A model generated the notes under the pieces. The model did not search any database. It was not told the origin of the DNA and saw nothing but the letters and a program-made list of their open reading frames with translations. Shown piece by piece: positions 1 through 14,053 of a DNA stretch of 64,000 nt (position 1 is the stretch's first letter; each line of letters begins with the position of its first letter). A program made the position numbers and the translations under genes. Source of the stretch: Paramecium tetraurelia (lineage: Eukaryota); contig CT868085.1 of NCBI GenBank assembly GCA_000165425.1, forward strand, positions 62,001 to 126,000. Direction: 5' to 3'.

Positions 1-907
1 CATATCTTTAATATTATTATAAAACTACAAACTATCCTTTCCCTTCAAACTGACCATTTACAAACAAACCCTCATATTTTTCCTTATTATTAAATATTAA
101 AACTCCTTGGCCATGTTTTAAGCCATTCCGAAAATGCCCTACTTTTGTTTGTAGAATAATACCTTTATAATGAGAGTCAATCTTCACTTCAATACCATAT
201 CCATTATATTTATCATTGAACCATGAGCCTTTAAAGGGAATAATAATTTTATACCTTCATAAATCGAGCCATCCGCATAATAATACACTCCTTTACCATG
301 CATGTAATTCAAATGGAAGTCCCCACAATAATACCCTCCTTCCGAATCAAAAAATTTACCTTTTCCACTAGCATAACCATTAATCCACTTTATGTAATTT
401 AAAATTAATTACCTCGCCTTCATATCTGCTAGAATCAACAAATTTGTATTCTCCTTCACCCTAAGGTTTTTTTTTGTACCAGTATCCAGTGTAGCGTCCA
501 CCATTTCTCATCATAATGGATGGTAATTTTAACTTTTCTTTTTCACTCTTAGCTATTAATCGATTATCTTCCTCATTCAAAAGTGACAATAATTCTTTTT
601 CGAATAATTTCTCTTCACGTTCTTAACTTTATTTGCTTGATTTATTTGTACAGATAGAAGGTCTAATTTAACAGGATTCTTCTAAAGAATCAAATTCAGG
701 AACATCATCTGAGTGTGCTTATGGTACTTTTGAATTAGAGTAAACCTTGGCTATCTCAAATAATTTTCTGTATTTTTCTTAAGAACTTGATTTTGGTTTT
801 CTATTTTATAGATTTAGGTCAAACCTTTGTGAACTTTCGATGTCAAACTCAAAAACAGTCTAAAAACATTCAGTATGAACTTTAGTATGCTCAGATTATT
901 CTAGCAT
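1..907 (-). CDS. MORN-repeat protein (3' end runs off the window)
   Basis: Ciliate-code translation MLEQSEHTKVH...; repeated Y-x-G-x-W/F..GxG MORN units (GRYTGYWYKKKPQGEG, YEGE|WINGYASGKG, YCGDFHLNYMHGKG). 25-nt intron at 388-412. Confidence 0.85.
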
Positions 908-1267
908 CCTCTATTTTCAAGATCAATTAAATATTAAATATATAATCTTAAGCATGAAATTCTAATTTTTTATGTTGTTGAAACGAAACAATCGGTAAGT
1001 TTAATTTATGTTTCACTACTAAATCAAGGAATCAATTTGTTTTATTTCGCCAAAATTACAAAATTTACTTTGTGATATTGTAATATAAAATAAATACTTT
1101 ATTTACATTAAAACAATTCTTTACTATAAACTTAAATTAATTATAAACCAAAAACTATATAATTCCATAATTATTTTCTAAAATGCTCCACACTTTAATA
1201 AAGTGCATTTATAGATAATTGCTAACTTTATTAATAAGAATATGAAACATACAATAAATGTAAAATA

Positions 1268-4200
1268 TCAATACTCTTTGTCAAAATTAAGTTGTTCTAA
1301 TAAATCCAATTTAAGTTATCCTAATATCTTTGAATATGGACCACTTAATTTTTCAATTTGTTCTTCCTCAGTATTTTTTTCTATTGAATATGATGATATG
1401 TATTACCTTTATTGTTACTTTAAGCAGTCGATTCTAACATAGATAATAGATCTGTTTTCTCCATTTGTTTTAATGAAGCGTTATCTTAATTCACAATGGC
1501 TTTAGATATTGCTGATTTAAAGCGTTGAATTCCCATAATTTTCTCTTCCAAAGTATCCTTAACAATCAATCTAAACACTTAAACAACATTCTTTTATCCT
1601 ATTCTATGAGCTCTATCCATTGCTTATTGATCATTAACAGGATTATAATCATGATCAAACATTATCACAATATTTGCTGAACTTAAATTCAATCCCAAAC
1701 CACCAACCTAAGTTGTAAGAAGCAACACTCTGATGTCTGGATCCTCATTAAATTTAGTTACCAAAGGGTATCTTTAAGTTTAAGGAACACTTCCATCTAA
1801 AATTAAATATTATAATCCTGGAAATTAGGTTTTTAATAACTGTTCAGCTATCAATTACAAGGCAGCTCTAAATCTAGAGAAAACTAAAACTTTATTAAAG
1901 TTAGTATAAATTGTAATTTAATCTCCTTGAGTTTATTGTTATGGAGCATCATCTGTTGATTAAAATCCCAATTATTATAAAATATCTTTCAAAGCAATCA
2001 TCTTTCCTGAATGAGAATAGCTATCAGGTTTTTCTTGCTTGTCTAACAGCTAATTTATTTCTTACTCAGCTAACATCTCGATACTTTCTGTTTTGACTTT
2101 TTTCTTTGGTCTTTTGTTTGGTAAAATCACACTTCTGACTAAAATTGGATGATCTAAGGCTTATCTTAATTTATGTAATAATTTCAGAACAGATTCACAA
2201 ACCTTATTTTTTTACTCTCCTTAAGTTTTAGTAATTTGTTATTCAATATCAGTAGAAAATGAATTAGATTCTAAAATTTAATAAATTTGAGATTGCAATG
2301 GTTCTGATAAAGTACAGTAATAATCTCCTATTATTTTAGCTGGTAATTGTGGTAGCACATCTTATTTAGTTCTTCTCATTATAAAAGGTAATACCTTTTT
2401 ATGAAGCAATCTTAAAGTCTTAATTTATTATTCATCAAATAGAATTTCATCTTCAGTCAATGAAAAAATATTAGTGTGAAAAGCTTTAGAAAAATTCTTT
2501 TTAAAATATTCTTCATCACCTAAATAATTTGGCAATAGAATATCAAAAAGAGACCACAATTCCAATAGGTGATTCTGAACAGGAGTCCCAGACAATACTA
2601 TCTTATGTTTTGCTTTCAAACTCCTTATTACTTTACTGGTCTTATTCTTGCTGTTCTTTAAAATGTGAGCTTCGTCTAAGATTAGAAAATAAAATTCTTG
2701 ATTTAGAAAATTTTGATTTAATTTTAGTAATTAATTGTAAGAGACCATAATAAAATTGCCTGAGAAGACTCCATCATATATATGAGGTTTCAGAACAGCA
2801 TTACTTATATACTTCTTTGTTTCTGCATACCAATGATCTACAACTGTGCTTGGGGCAACAACAAGGGACACCAAATTTTCATTTTTTCTTTTAAATACTT
2901 CATTTGCTAACACTACTAATGTTTAAATTGTTTTTCCCAAACCCATATCATCACATAAGGCAGCATGTAGATTATATTTAATTAAAAATCCTAACCATCT
3001 AATACCGTCCCATTAATAATCTCTTAAAATGCTGCGATCTTTTATTCCTCCTTCCACTTTATAATCAACTTTGGTCATCTTACCAAATCCTAATTAAAAT
3101 TCCTTAGCCTTTTAAAATTTATTAATTAATTGTGGTGATGTTGGAGAATAGGGTGCTTCCATAATAGTCAATATGGGCACTAAAAATCCAAACAACTTGC
3201 CTGCTGCTTAGGCTGTATTTGGGTCTTTTGCAGTCAACTTTTTGATAGCTTTCAAAGTTAGAAAACCACTTATAGGTGCTAATGAAATTGGATATTCTTT
3301 CAAAATTATATTCAAAATCTCATACATTCCATTTTCATTCCTTTTCAGCATTTGATTTATTTGCATTATCACTTGATCGAATACACTAATATTCCTTGAA
3401 ACCGATAGGAAATGAATAAATTTAGCACATAGTTTAAGTAGGGTATTCTTTAATACTGCTAACTTTTTAAATGTTTAATCAAATTCTATTTATATTCCAC
3501 CCTTCAGATCATCCAAAATTATTTTATTATTATCGTCATCACTTATATTACTTAACACTGGTAAATAGTTCAATAGTTTTGACAATAAGTATTAGGCCCA
3601 TCTGTCAAAATCAGGATGCTCTGGATGTTACATGAATAATGAATACGCATTTTATATCAGACCTATCCCCCATAAATTATATTTCAAATCCTCTACTCTT
3701 ATAGTTAATTTAGTTTTTTAAGTTATCAGAGTTGAATTAAATCTTAAGTCATTTGGTATATAATTCAATTGTTATAGGAAAAGCCTCTCAAAAAAGAGAT
3801 GCCAAAATTAGAAATCAGTTTAATTTCTAAGCAAATGCCAAATCAACCTTTTTCTCCCATAATCCTTTCCTAAAAATATCTTGATATATCATACTTTTCA
3901 ATTCATTCTTCTAGGATAAGATATATTAGACTGCTTATTATGTACTCTATTTAACATAAAGAGATGTTAAATCACAACAGTTGGGATTTAACTACATCTA
4001 TCTGGATAATCTTTCTGAAGCAATATCCTAAATTAAATGAAATTTGTCTATTCTTAAATAAATAACAACTTTACCTTATTCTTTAAATTAATGATTCAGT
4101 GTGATCTGAAGTTAATACCTTAAAGTTCAAGCTCAGCTCATTGCTCAATTTTGTAAACGATTATAAACTTTAGACCAAATCTGATGTGGTATCCTATAAT

Positions 4201-6590
4201 TTCTATATTGATTCTTAATCCATCTCATAGTCAATTTGACTCAACTACTTCAGTTAATTTAGAATAACAGGATATAATTATCTCAGCTTTGGTGAATGAG
4301 CAGGGGCAATTGCAAAATCTCCATAAATTTTCACAAATCCTTATATGATTGCTAAATATTCTTGTTCTTTCTCAATTTACATATAGTTTTTCAGTAATAT
4401 ATTCAACTGTTGCATCGATACTTGAATTTTGAGATCTAATTCATCAAAACAACATCCATTTTAACTACTAACATCCACTTCTTGATTTAGATCTTTTTTA
4501 TTATTTATGTAATTTTTGAAGGTGTATATAAAATTAATCGGATCTAAATCAAAAGTTATTTAATGATTATAATTGATATCTTTAATCAAATAAGCAGTCT
4601 TTATCATTCTATATGTCTAATTATCAATAGGATTTTAAGTATATTGAGCTAAGTTTGGATAGTGTATATCTATAGATTCTCGTTTCATACCATCAAAGAG
4701 ATAAAAATATTTCTTAAATTGATGATCAGTAGAGAAATTGTGGACAAATTAAATAAATTCATATAGTTATTCTTCTTCTAAATGTTTTGATAATTGCTCA
4801 AGGATGCTCATTAAATTTTGGAAGGTCTCAAGTTTCTCTTCAAACACTCCAGTCTAAAATATGATTTTCATGAAGTTTATGGTTCTAGAATCATTTTATT
4901 TTTAAGTCTACTGCTTTGAAAAAGCTAATAAATATGAATAAAAGGATTCTTTGACTTCTACAATTCTATGAAAGAAGAACATTTTCAAAATTTCAACTTC
5001 TCCTTAAAATTGTTTCTGTATTTTAAAACCTGCTTGAAAAAGTGCACTTAGAAATTAGAATATTGATTTGCCTGCAAAACTGATATCATCTTATTTTTTT
5101 AATTATTCCATAGTAATGGAATAAACAGTAGTAAAATATTTCTGATTCAAACCTAACAATAGAAATTCCTTCCATATATCTGCCAATAATTCAAGAATCT
5201 CATCTTCATTGTCTCTTTAACCAACTTACAAAAGCATTTCTGAGAAATTATCAAAAATCACTTACAAATGATCTTTCAATAAACCTTTAACTAAGAATAA
5301 AGCACTCTAAGAGACTTCATATATTTATACTCTTTAACCTTCCTCAATGAAATCCTTTAATAATAGAACAAACTTCATAAAACTATCAGGATAATGAATC
5401 CAAATATTAGTGTTGTAATTTCTATCTGTTAAAAGCGTGATAGCAGTTTAACATGCTGCTTCTCTTACAATCATAATAGTTTAATTTCCAAAGTAGTCTG
5501 CAAATCGATCCATCACAATTAATACACAACATCTTGTTAATAAATATTCCAATTTATTTAATTAGCCATTCTTATCACTAATATATTCTATTAAGTTGGC
5601 TCTCAAAATGCCATTAATCTCCTTTTCATCCCCTTTTATTAAATAACTAAATCCTAAATTTAAAAATCCTTTTTGTCTAACAATTGATTTCAAAACTAGG
5701 GCACTTGCATGCCTTTCCTACCATTTATGATTCATTAATTCATAGACTGCTCTATTGTAAATGACATTAAAAGGATTTATTACACAATACTTTGTATTTT
5801 AATTCTTCTTCTAGGCCTATGGTTTCTTTTTTAGATTGGTTTCTGGTTATTTGGCTTTAGTTTTATTCCTTTTCCTGTATTAACCTACTGCATCATCATC
5901 ACTAGAACTCTCAACGATCTCTTCAGATGAAGAATGCATATCAATAGGTATCTCTGCATCTCCTTGCATAAATTCTAACAATCTGGTAATATTTGAGAGA
6001 TTAAAATTCCCAGACAAACCCATCAATCTCATAATTTCTTCTTATTTAATGTCAAGTGTTTCATCATCTAATTTTTAATTTTTATTCTCTTATGATCTTT
6101 TTAAGTACTTCATGTCTTTCCCTAGAATTGCACTCCCATCATTGATTAGATGAATGAAATCAATTTATTCACTTTTTAGCTTAATGTTTGATTTTATTTC
6201 TTCGTAATCGCGAATTTACTCTTATTGCATTGTGTCATCAACTTATTAATCTAATATTGGTTCAAAATGAAACAAATTTTCAGGGATGGAATCATTTGAT
6301 GATGATAATAAATACTCTTCAAGTCGTTCGCTAAGTTTATTCAAAATAAATTACTTGTATATCTTGTAGGTTCTCTCGATTATTGCAGCGGCGATCTAAG
6401 AATGTTCTAAACGAAGACGAGGATCTTAGGCTCTTGAATATATTAATTTGTTTGTTTTTCTTAAAATTTAATAGAGACATGCAGGGTAATCATTATATAC
6501 ATTCACTATTTGAGCCAAAGCCAAGCTAAAGAGTTATTGATTCTTGAAATCATTGAATAATGCAAAAAGTTTATTTATTTTATCTTCCAT
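1268..6590 (-). CDS. MOT1: Mot1/BTAF1-like TBP-associated SNF2 ATPase
   Basis: Long N-terminal region (WQERHASAL, MIVREAACQ) followed by SNF2 motifs LRDYQWDGIRWL, LCDDMGLGKTIQ, LDEAHILKN, LSGTPVQNHLLELWSLFD, LLTTQVGGLGLNLSSA, QAMDRAHRIGQKNVV. One short intron near 4.05-4.07 kb. Confidence 0.88.
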
Positions 6591-7193
6591 TTATTTTTTA
6601 ATAAAATAAATGAAAAATTTTAGGTGCCTTTTAAAGTTCTGTACATCAAGAAATTATAATATAATAAATATAAAAATTATTAAATAAAATTTGCAGTCAA
6701 TTAAAACTATTAATAGAACCAAAAAAAATCCATCTTGATATTAATACCCACTTTAAACTCAATTAAATTCAATTTCGGATAAGACATAATTTAACGAAGG
6801 CAATTATTTTAAAATGAATATTTGGCTATAATGTTATTTTAAAACTTAAAACCTTAATTTGTTTAATTATTAATGAATAATTGATGAATACGTTTAATAA
6901 TACTAGTTTTATGCATATTTACAAATATTTTTTCTTAATATATAAATTTAAACTTTAATTAAGTTTATTGATTACTTTTATAGAGCAAAAAGGAGAGGTT
7001 CAGCGTGGAATTAGCAACTACTTTCCTTATGAAAATGGGAGTCATGAGAACATGGGAAAAATTTTAAAACAGGGAACGATTTAATAATATCAGAGATTCA
7101 AAAAGTCTTTAGGAACAATTTTATTTCTCAATGAATTCAACAAAATTTTTTATGTTTAAATATTGATAATGTTATATCCAAATAAAATAGCAA

Positions 7194-7967
7194 TCATTCC
7201 TATTCCAAAATGTTTATTGTTCCATCTGATTTTACATAATAAGGGTTGTGTCGATCAGAAAACTTTTTTGCCTTAATAGCAACATCATTTATAATCAATG
7301 GCTTAATCCATTCTTTTTTGATTAAAAATTTACTACAATATAAAGTATATCGTTACCTCTCATCCCCAATAATAGCGCCGTCGTCTATTGGTAATATAAT
7401 CATTAGAAATGATCCTTTTGGAAAATGGGAGGAAACTTCCTTAATCTAAATCCGGCTCAAGCTGCCATAACCTTTTTTTATAATCGTTTATTAACACCCT
7501 TTGAAGATTGATTGGTTTTTGTTATTGTGAGTGAGTTTTTTAGGAATCTTGTCATAAGTCCAACTAATATTACTTGCTATACTTACATTTGCAATTCTAC
7601 AAGGAGGTTTATTTACATTGATTATTGTTTTTTCATTCTAAACAAGCCTTAGTTTGATTTGAAAGATTCTGTTTCTATAACATGGAAGCTCTAATTCTTC
7701 TTCCATTTAAAGCTCATATTTATATTACTGATTCTTGAGAATTTGTATCTCATCAATTCTTTGAGGAGGTTATTTGTTACACATTTTAGAAATTAGTTGA
7801 TTCATCTTCTCTAGTTGTTTTTGTAATATTTCAAAAGTTTTTTACTTTTCTGTGTATATTACTTGAATCTACTCACTTTAGTTTTTTATTTATTCTGCTA
7901 TATGAGTAGATAACTCATTAAGATTGAAAGTCATGCTCATTAAACAGTTTGGATTTAGCATATTCAT
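7194..7967 (-). CDS. Hypothetical protein (N-terminal coiled coil)
   Basis: Open in ciliate code from MNMLNPNCLM to ...GTINILEQE-TGA (774 nt). No family recognised. Confidence 0.6.
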
Positions 7968-8295
7968 TAATTTTTTAGTAATTAAAAGATAATCAGAGGT
8001 ATAATACAAACTTGTGTTATATTCTTATTGAAATTAGATACTGTATTCAATGTTGTAATAATAAAGAATTTAATTGGTATTAACATTTGCTATAATATCA
8101 TTAAATTCATATAAGAAATTGTATCAATTAATAATAAAAACTTTAAAATATAAAACAAATATTAACACATTGAGAATGTATTAAGGTAGTAATTTTATTA
8201 TTAATTTTTATAAATTTTATTATAGAAATTAAAAGAAAAACCTTTATCAACAAGGTTTGATTCTTAATCATTATATAATTATTAAATAATACAAA

Positions 8296-9561
8296 TCATT
8301 AATCTTCCATTTGTTCAATCTCTTCACTTGATTCATCCAATTGCGGCCTTTTCTTGAAACCCTTACTTGGTAAGAAGCTTGAAGTAACAGTTTGAAACCT
8401 TCCATCTCTAAAGTTGTTCACCTCTAACATTTTCTGATGCAAATGAGTAATGCCCATACGAGTATTTGAATATTTCTTATAAGTCGAAAATTATCAATAC
8501 CTACATAAAAGCTTGGCAAAAGTGACTTCCCATCCGACTCCCTATCCAACATTTATTTAAAATTTGGAGCTGTGGGAGTTCTAAAAAGCTTACTTTTTGG
8601 ATCCTTAGAATAAACATCAAATTCAAAATAAGTTTCATGATTATAGGGTGGTATTTTAGTCATAATATCCTTTCTCTATTCTAATTTATCGAATGCAGCC
8701 CCACAACTGCCCAATTATCTAATTATTTATTAATTTATTCATATACTTTTTACCAAATTCAAAATTTGGATGGTAATCGGGAGCAAATTATTTCTTTTTA
8801 TAAATAATCATTTGATCTCTAGACAATTATTTTTCTAATTAGACTGAAGGTGTTCTAGGAATCTTGCTCCATGAATCCGTTACATTTAAATAGGTAAATC
8901 TATCAGGATGAGGTGTTGGTCTTCCAAAAAATATGTCAGGTCTAATTATAACATATAAATTTATACCTTTATGTTTATCGTACTAAATCGATAAAACAGG
9001 TTCTAGAAAATCGAGGCCTATCTACTATTGGTTTGCTAAAAATGTATTTATTCATTACTTACTCAGTATTCTCAGGCTCTCCATGCTTTCCAGGCACTTC
9101 TAGAGGAATAGTTTACTTGAGTGATTTGTCATAATCATGTATTGAATGAACTGCCCTTTTAATCATTATTTCAATAAATACTTGTCAAGCTCACTGTATT
9201 TAACATGATATTGCCCGCAAGATGGTTTGCTGTCTTTACTTAGTTTTGTATAATGGCCTACTTATCTGGACAGTTGTCTTGAAAATGGCTAGGAAAGTTT
9301 GACTTGATTTTTGCGTTAAATCAATTCTGCTTCTGTTATTTATTCTTATGATTTCTTATTTGATATTTCTGGCATTTTCTTATCTACTTGTTGATTAACC
9401 TCTTCTGAAGATGCAGCTGATGAAGATTTCCCTTTGAAATACCTGGGCCTATTGTTAATGATCTCCTCTTTTCGTTGAAAAACTATATATTTCTCTGAAG
9501 TTATCTTTCCCGCTTTACTAAACATGTTTTGTAAATCATTCTGATTATGAATTAAGGCCAT
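8296..9561 (-). CDS. Hypothetical protein
   Basis: MALIHNQNDL... to ...EDQ-TGA with about three short GT..AG introns (~8.72, ~8.95, ~9.04 kb). No confident family call. Confidence 0.65.
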
Positions 9562-10391
9562 TATTTTTATAATTATATATATAAAATATATTTTTTTTCC
9601 ATTTATTTATTATTATAATATTGTTCATATGACTCTAAAACAATTTTTACATAAATCTGGATATTACATATTTTATTCTTAGCCACTTTTTTTTACAAAC
9701 TAAGGTTAATATAATTAATATTTAATTTGCATATTAATTTTTCTAACTATTCACAAAAAGTAAATGAATTATAAATTTAGAGTAATAATCACATTTTATT
9801 CAAAAATAAGGCGAAATATATTCTTCTTTCCGTATTAATAATATTTTTTATTTTATTGAATTAAGTACAACTTTTACTTAATTGGCAATATTTTCCATAA
9901 TATAAGTTTCGTATGAAAGGAATAATCCTCGAATTTAATCCTCATCCTAATAGGCTATTAAATAATTTAGAATTATTTTACAAATCGATTACCCAGTAAA
10001 ATTGTAACTTAAGACTTTAGTAATTCCATATTATAATTTCTTTCGGAATTTTAATAGAAATATCTAAAGTAATTACTTTCAAAATATTAGAATGAAGAAA
10101 TTTATTACTCTATGATATAAAAGAAAATTTTAGGAGATTTAGATGCATTATCGAATAATAGGAATTAAATGCAAAGTAAAGAAAGTAGTTAAATTATATT
10201 TTTTATGAACAGAATCATATATCTGAGAATTTAGTTTGCATTTACAAAATTAGTTCTGAGCAACATTAAAAAATACTTAAAATAAGATGGCAAATTTATT
10301 ATTAGAATTATTAATAAATTCAATCTCAATTAGTTTAATTAATATTGATTTTTGTAAGAGAAAATATTGATAAAATGATGGTATTACAAAT

Positions 10392-11378
10392 TCAAAAATT
10401 ATTGTTTCTAATATCATCAAACCATTAATTCATTAATAATTCTTTTGCTTATGGCCGGTTACTTGGATTAAATTATAGCATAGATTATAAAACCATGAGG
10501 GCTTGGTGATTTTGTTCTAATTGTGGAATTTTTTATGTTAATGGTTCACCTCTAAATTTTGGAAAAGAGAGTGTAAAATCGGGAAGCTTTGACAAACCGA
10601 AATAAGTCTCATCAGTTGGAGTTCCAAGTAACTTTAATATGAATAATAAAAATAAATACCTTCATTATTTTAAACAACATATCAACTTAACTATCACCTT
10701 GAAATAGTGGTGTACCAGTTAAGCATTCAGCCATAATGCAACCAACTGCCCAAATATCAACAGCAGTTCCATAATTGTCATCTCCAAGCATGAGTTCAGG
10801 AGCTCGATACCAAAGAGTAGCTATTTCCTTTGTGAATTTAGGCATTGGAAATGGGAATACTCTGGAGAGTCCAAAATCTGCTAATTTAATTGAATTTTTT
10901 TCATTCATTAAAATGTTCTGTGGCTTGAGATCTCTATGTAGAACTCTCCTACTGTGACAATACGATAAGCCTAGAAGTATTTAGTAAACGATAGGTTTTA
11001 ACTGATTTAAAGTTAAAGAATTATTTCTATCCAAATAATTTCTTAGATCACACTACATTGAGTCAAATACTAGATATATCTACTTTTCTTCAATAAAGTA
11101 CTTAACCTCAAACAAACTAAAATAACATTAAAATTATACCTTATAACATTTGGATGTTTCAACTTTAATAGTATTGCTATTTCTCTGATAGTAGTACTTG
11201 GAACACCTTCATCATGACGACTATCTAACTTCACTTTCTTTAAAGCAACCCATTTTTCTCTTCTCTTATCATATGCTCTTGTAACGATTCCATAGGTTCC
11301 TTCTCCCAATTTCACTTTTTGGGTAAAGTTTTAGAGAAAATTATTGTAATGAGTGTTCTCGTCTTACTCTATTTACAT
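10392..11378 (-). CDS. Cyclin-dependent kinase (CDK1/2-like, PSTTIRE)
   Basis: [52 protein letters not shown]. Two short introns (~11118-11139, ~10635-10659). Confidence 0.95.
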
Positions 11379-11476
11379 TTATTTGCGCAAATATTAATGA
11401 TACTACAAGGTTCGCGGATATTTAAGAATTGCTATTTTTGAGTAATTTTTCAGTTCTAAATTCACAGAATAATATA

Positions 11477-14012
11477 ATGTCTGGTCATAAGCAATTTTAG
11501 CGTATTAACTTGTAAATCATTAAAACCTACAAATTACAACGCTTCCCAATAATTTCAATATGCCTTGATCATTAATAAGGGAACGAACGTTTGTATTTTG
11601 GGACATGTGAGGAACCATCCAATCGGTTAGTGTCATTTCATGATTTGAACTTGTTTGTTAATAAAGCTTTTTATTTTCTTCATAGGAACACTCAGGAAGT
11701 CTATTAAGGTCTTATCCCCATCATGTATTATGCTTTTTATAGAAACCAATTTACGAATATGACATTTTTTGGACCTCCTGGAATATCTCAATTTATCATG
11801 TAAACCAAATATATGCTTGGAGTACGCAGTTTAGCTTTTGGGGCAATGGATTTGAATAAGGAAATGATAATAAAACAATAGAAATTTGGAATAGGAAATA
11901 AAATGTAATTCTTAGAATTGATCAAAACCTAAGTTGAGAGTCAGACTTCTAATTTAGAGTCAATTAATTAATATGTCCGGGAATAAACTCATCAATATGT
12001 GGTTCCAAAAGAATTCGTGGATTAGAATAAATATGTAGCATTGCAATATTCTAAAGTAAAATCTTTGTTTGGAAATAAGTAAAACTTGATATCTATATCC
12101 CTCTAGTCCTAATCTTACTCAATATCTAGTGACTTTTAAAGTTGAGTAACAAATAGATTATGAAAAATGTAGAAACCTAAACATTCCTCTAAGTCGGATT
12201 CCTGATATCAAAGAAGGAAGGTATTTTATCAATAACAAATAAATGACTATAGAAGATGTGAAAAAATTTAATCCCTAATTGCTGTAATAAGCCATTCTCC
12301 TTTTGGATTTTAAGACTGAAGAAGAAGTTGAAGACTTTGCTTCAAACATCTTTGAGCAATTGCAAGATGAATTAAAAATATACAGAGACGAATTCAAGAA
12401 ATTCAATCAAAATGCAGATTTGAATCAGACACTCGTAATTGTTCATTATGCTGATAAGGAATTGTTGGATTCATAGAAATATCAAAATATAATTGAAAAC
12501 CTTAAGAAATTAAATTATAAATTAGTCCATATTATAACTTCCTAAGAATATTATTGTGAGTTGGATCTAGTAAGTAAGAAGGATTTGGGCAGAGAACACT
12601 TTGGATATTATTATCTCGATTTTTTAAAATTTATGAAAACCAATTTGCCTGCTTTATTTAGAGGATAAGAACAAGTGAATCAATTTTAAATTAATCAAAA
12701 TATGACAGATCTCAAATCATTATGGCCAAATGAGTCAAAATATATTCCTATGAGGATGAAAACAATTTAGATTATCAGTGGAACCCTATATTATGAAGAT
12801 TTGAAAGTAAAGAGATAGGTTTCTTATTCATTATAAAAAGAAGAGAAGCAGTTATTAATTAGATTGTGTAAGGAGATTTCATAAACCTAAAATAAGAGCT
12901 ATGAAGTTTTGATGTTAGGAACATCATCTTCTATTGAAAATTAATCTAGAAATGCGAGTGGAATACATGTTAAAATCAATAACGTTGGAATATTGATGGA
13001 TTGTGGATAGAATACATTAAACTAATTTTACTTTAGTTGTTAGGATGATGGAGATTTCAAATAGAAAATAAGCGATTTATAAGTCATTTATATATCTCAT
13101 TCTCACAACGATCACCATTAAGGTCTATATGATTTTATTAAACATAAGTGTGCTGTGTCAAAAGAACCATTTTTTTTGTTGCTCCCAAAACCAATTTATC
13201 TCTGGTACTCTTAACTATTTACAAACTTATTTAGAGAAGAATTTGGGATGAAAAGCTATGTAAATTAAGTCAAAATAGTATTCACAGATGCTTTAATCAG
13301 TTCAAATTTTTAGGAAAAAGCTTAGCCTAAATAAAAAAAAACATTTAATGTAAATCAGTTAGAATCTGAGGAATTTCCTGAAATTAATTTTTCCTCTAAA
13401 TTTGATAACAATTTAAATAAAACCGAATTTTAGGAGTTTCTTTAGTACAAACAGTTACATTTGGATATAGAAATGACTTAACATTGTTAATATAGTACTG
13501 CAATTAAAATGAGTTCTAATGGAAAAACATTGGTTTATTCAAGCGATCGCTTGGGACAACTAACTAAATTCGGTACTAAATTTTCAAAATTTGCAAAAGA
13601 TTGTGATCTATTAATTCATGAATGCACATATCCAGATGAGATGGTTGAAAAGTAATTAATTTCCATATATTATTATAGAGCTTTATCTGCTAAACATTCT
13701 ACATTTTTATAAGCTTTCTTCAATGGCTACTAATTGAATGCAAAGAATTTAGTAATGACTCATTTTACTGAAAGAAGTCTTTTCTATTTAAAGCAATTCT
13801 TTCATGCAGATGGAAATTTAAACATACCTGCCTTCAAGAAGTTATTAGAATCATAATCTATTATGTCTTCTTAGCCATTTAATATTGATGATGCTGTCCA
13901 ATATTTAGAAAATAATGTTGTATTTGCTTGTGACTTTATGAATTTTGGAGATGGAAATATTGATAAGTTAAGCCAAATATCACGTATAATTGTAAAAAGC
14001 CTTCTTCCTTGA
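11477..14012 (+). CDS. tRNase Z, long form (ELAC2/Trz1-like metallo-beta-lactamase)
   Basis: N-terminal pseudo-motif LYFGTCEEPSNR and FGPPG; C-terminal half LGTSSS..RNAS, LMDCG, HSHNDHH, LIHECT, KHST, MTHF. Intron ~13652-13678. Confidence 0.85.
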
Positions 14013-14053
14013 GTATTCATTTATTTTATATATATATAAATAACAATAATATA

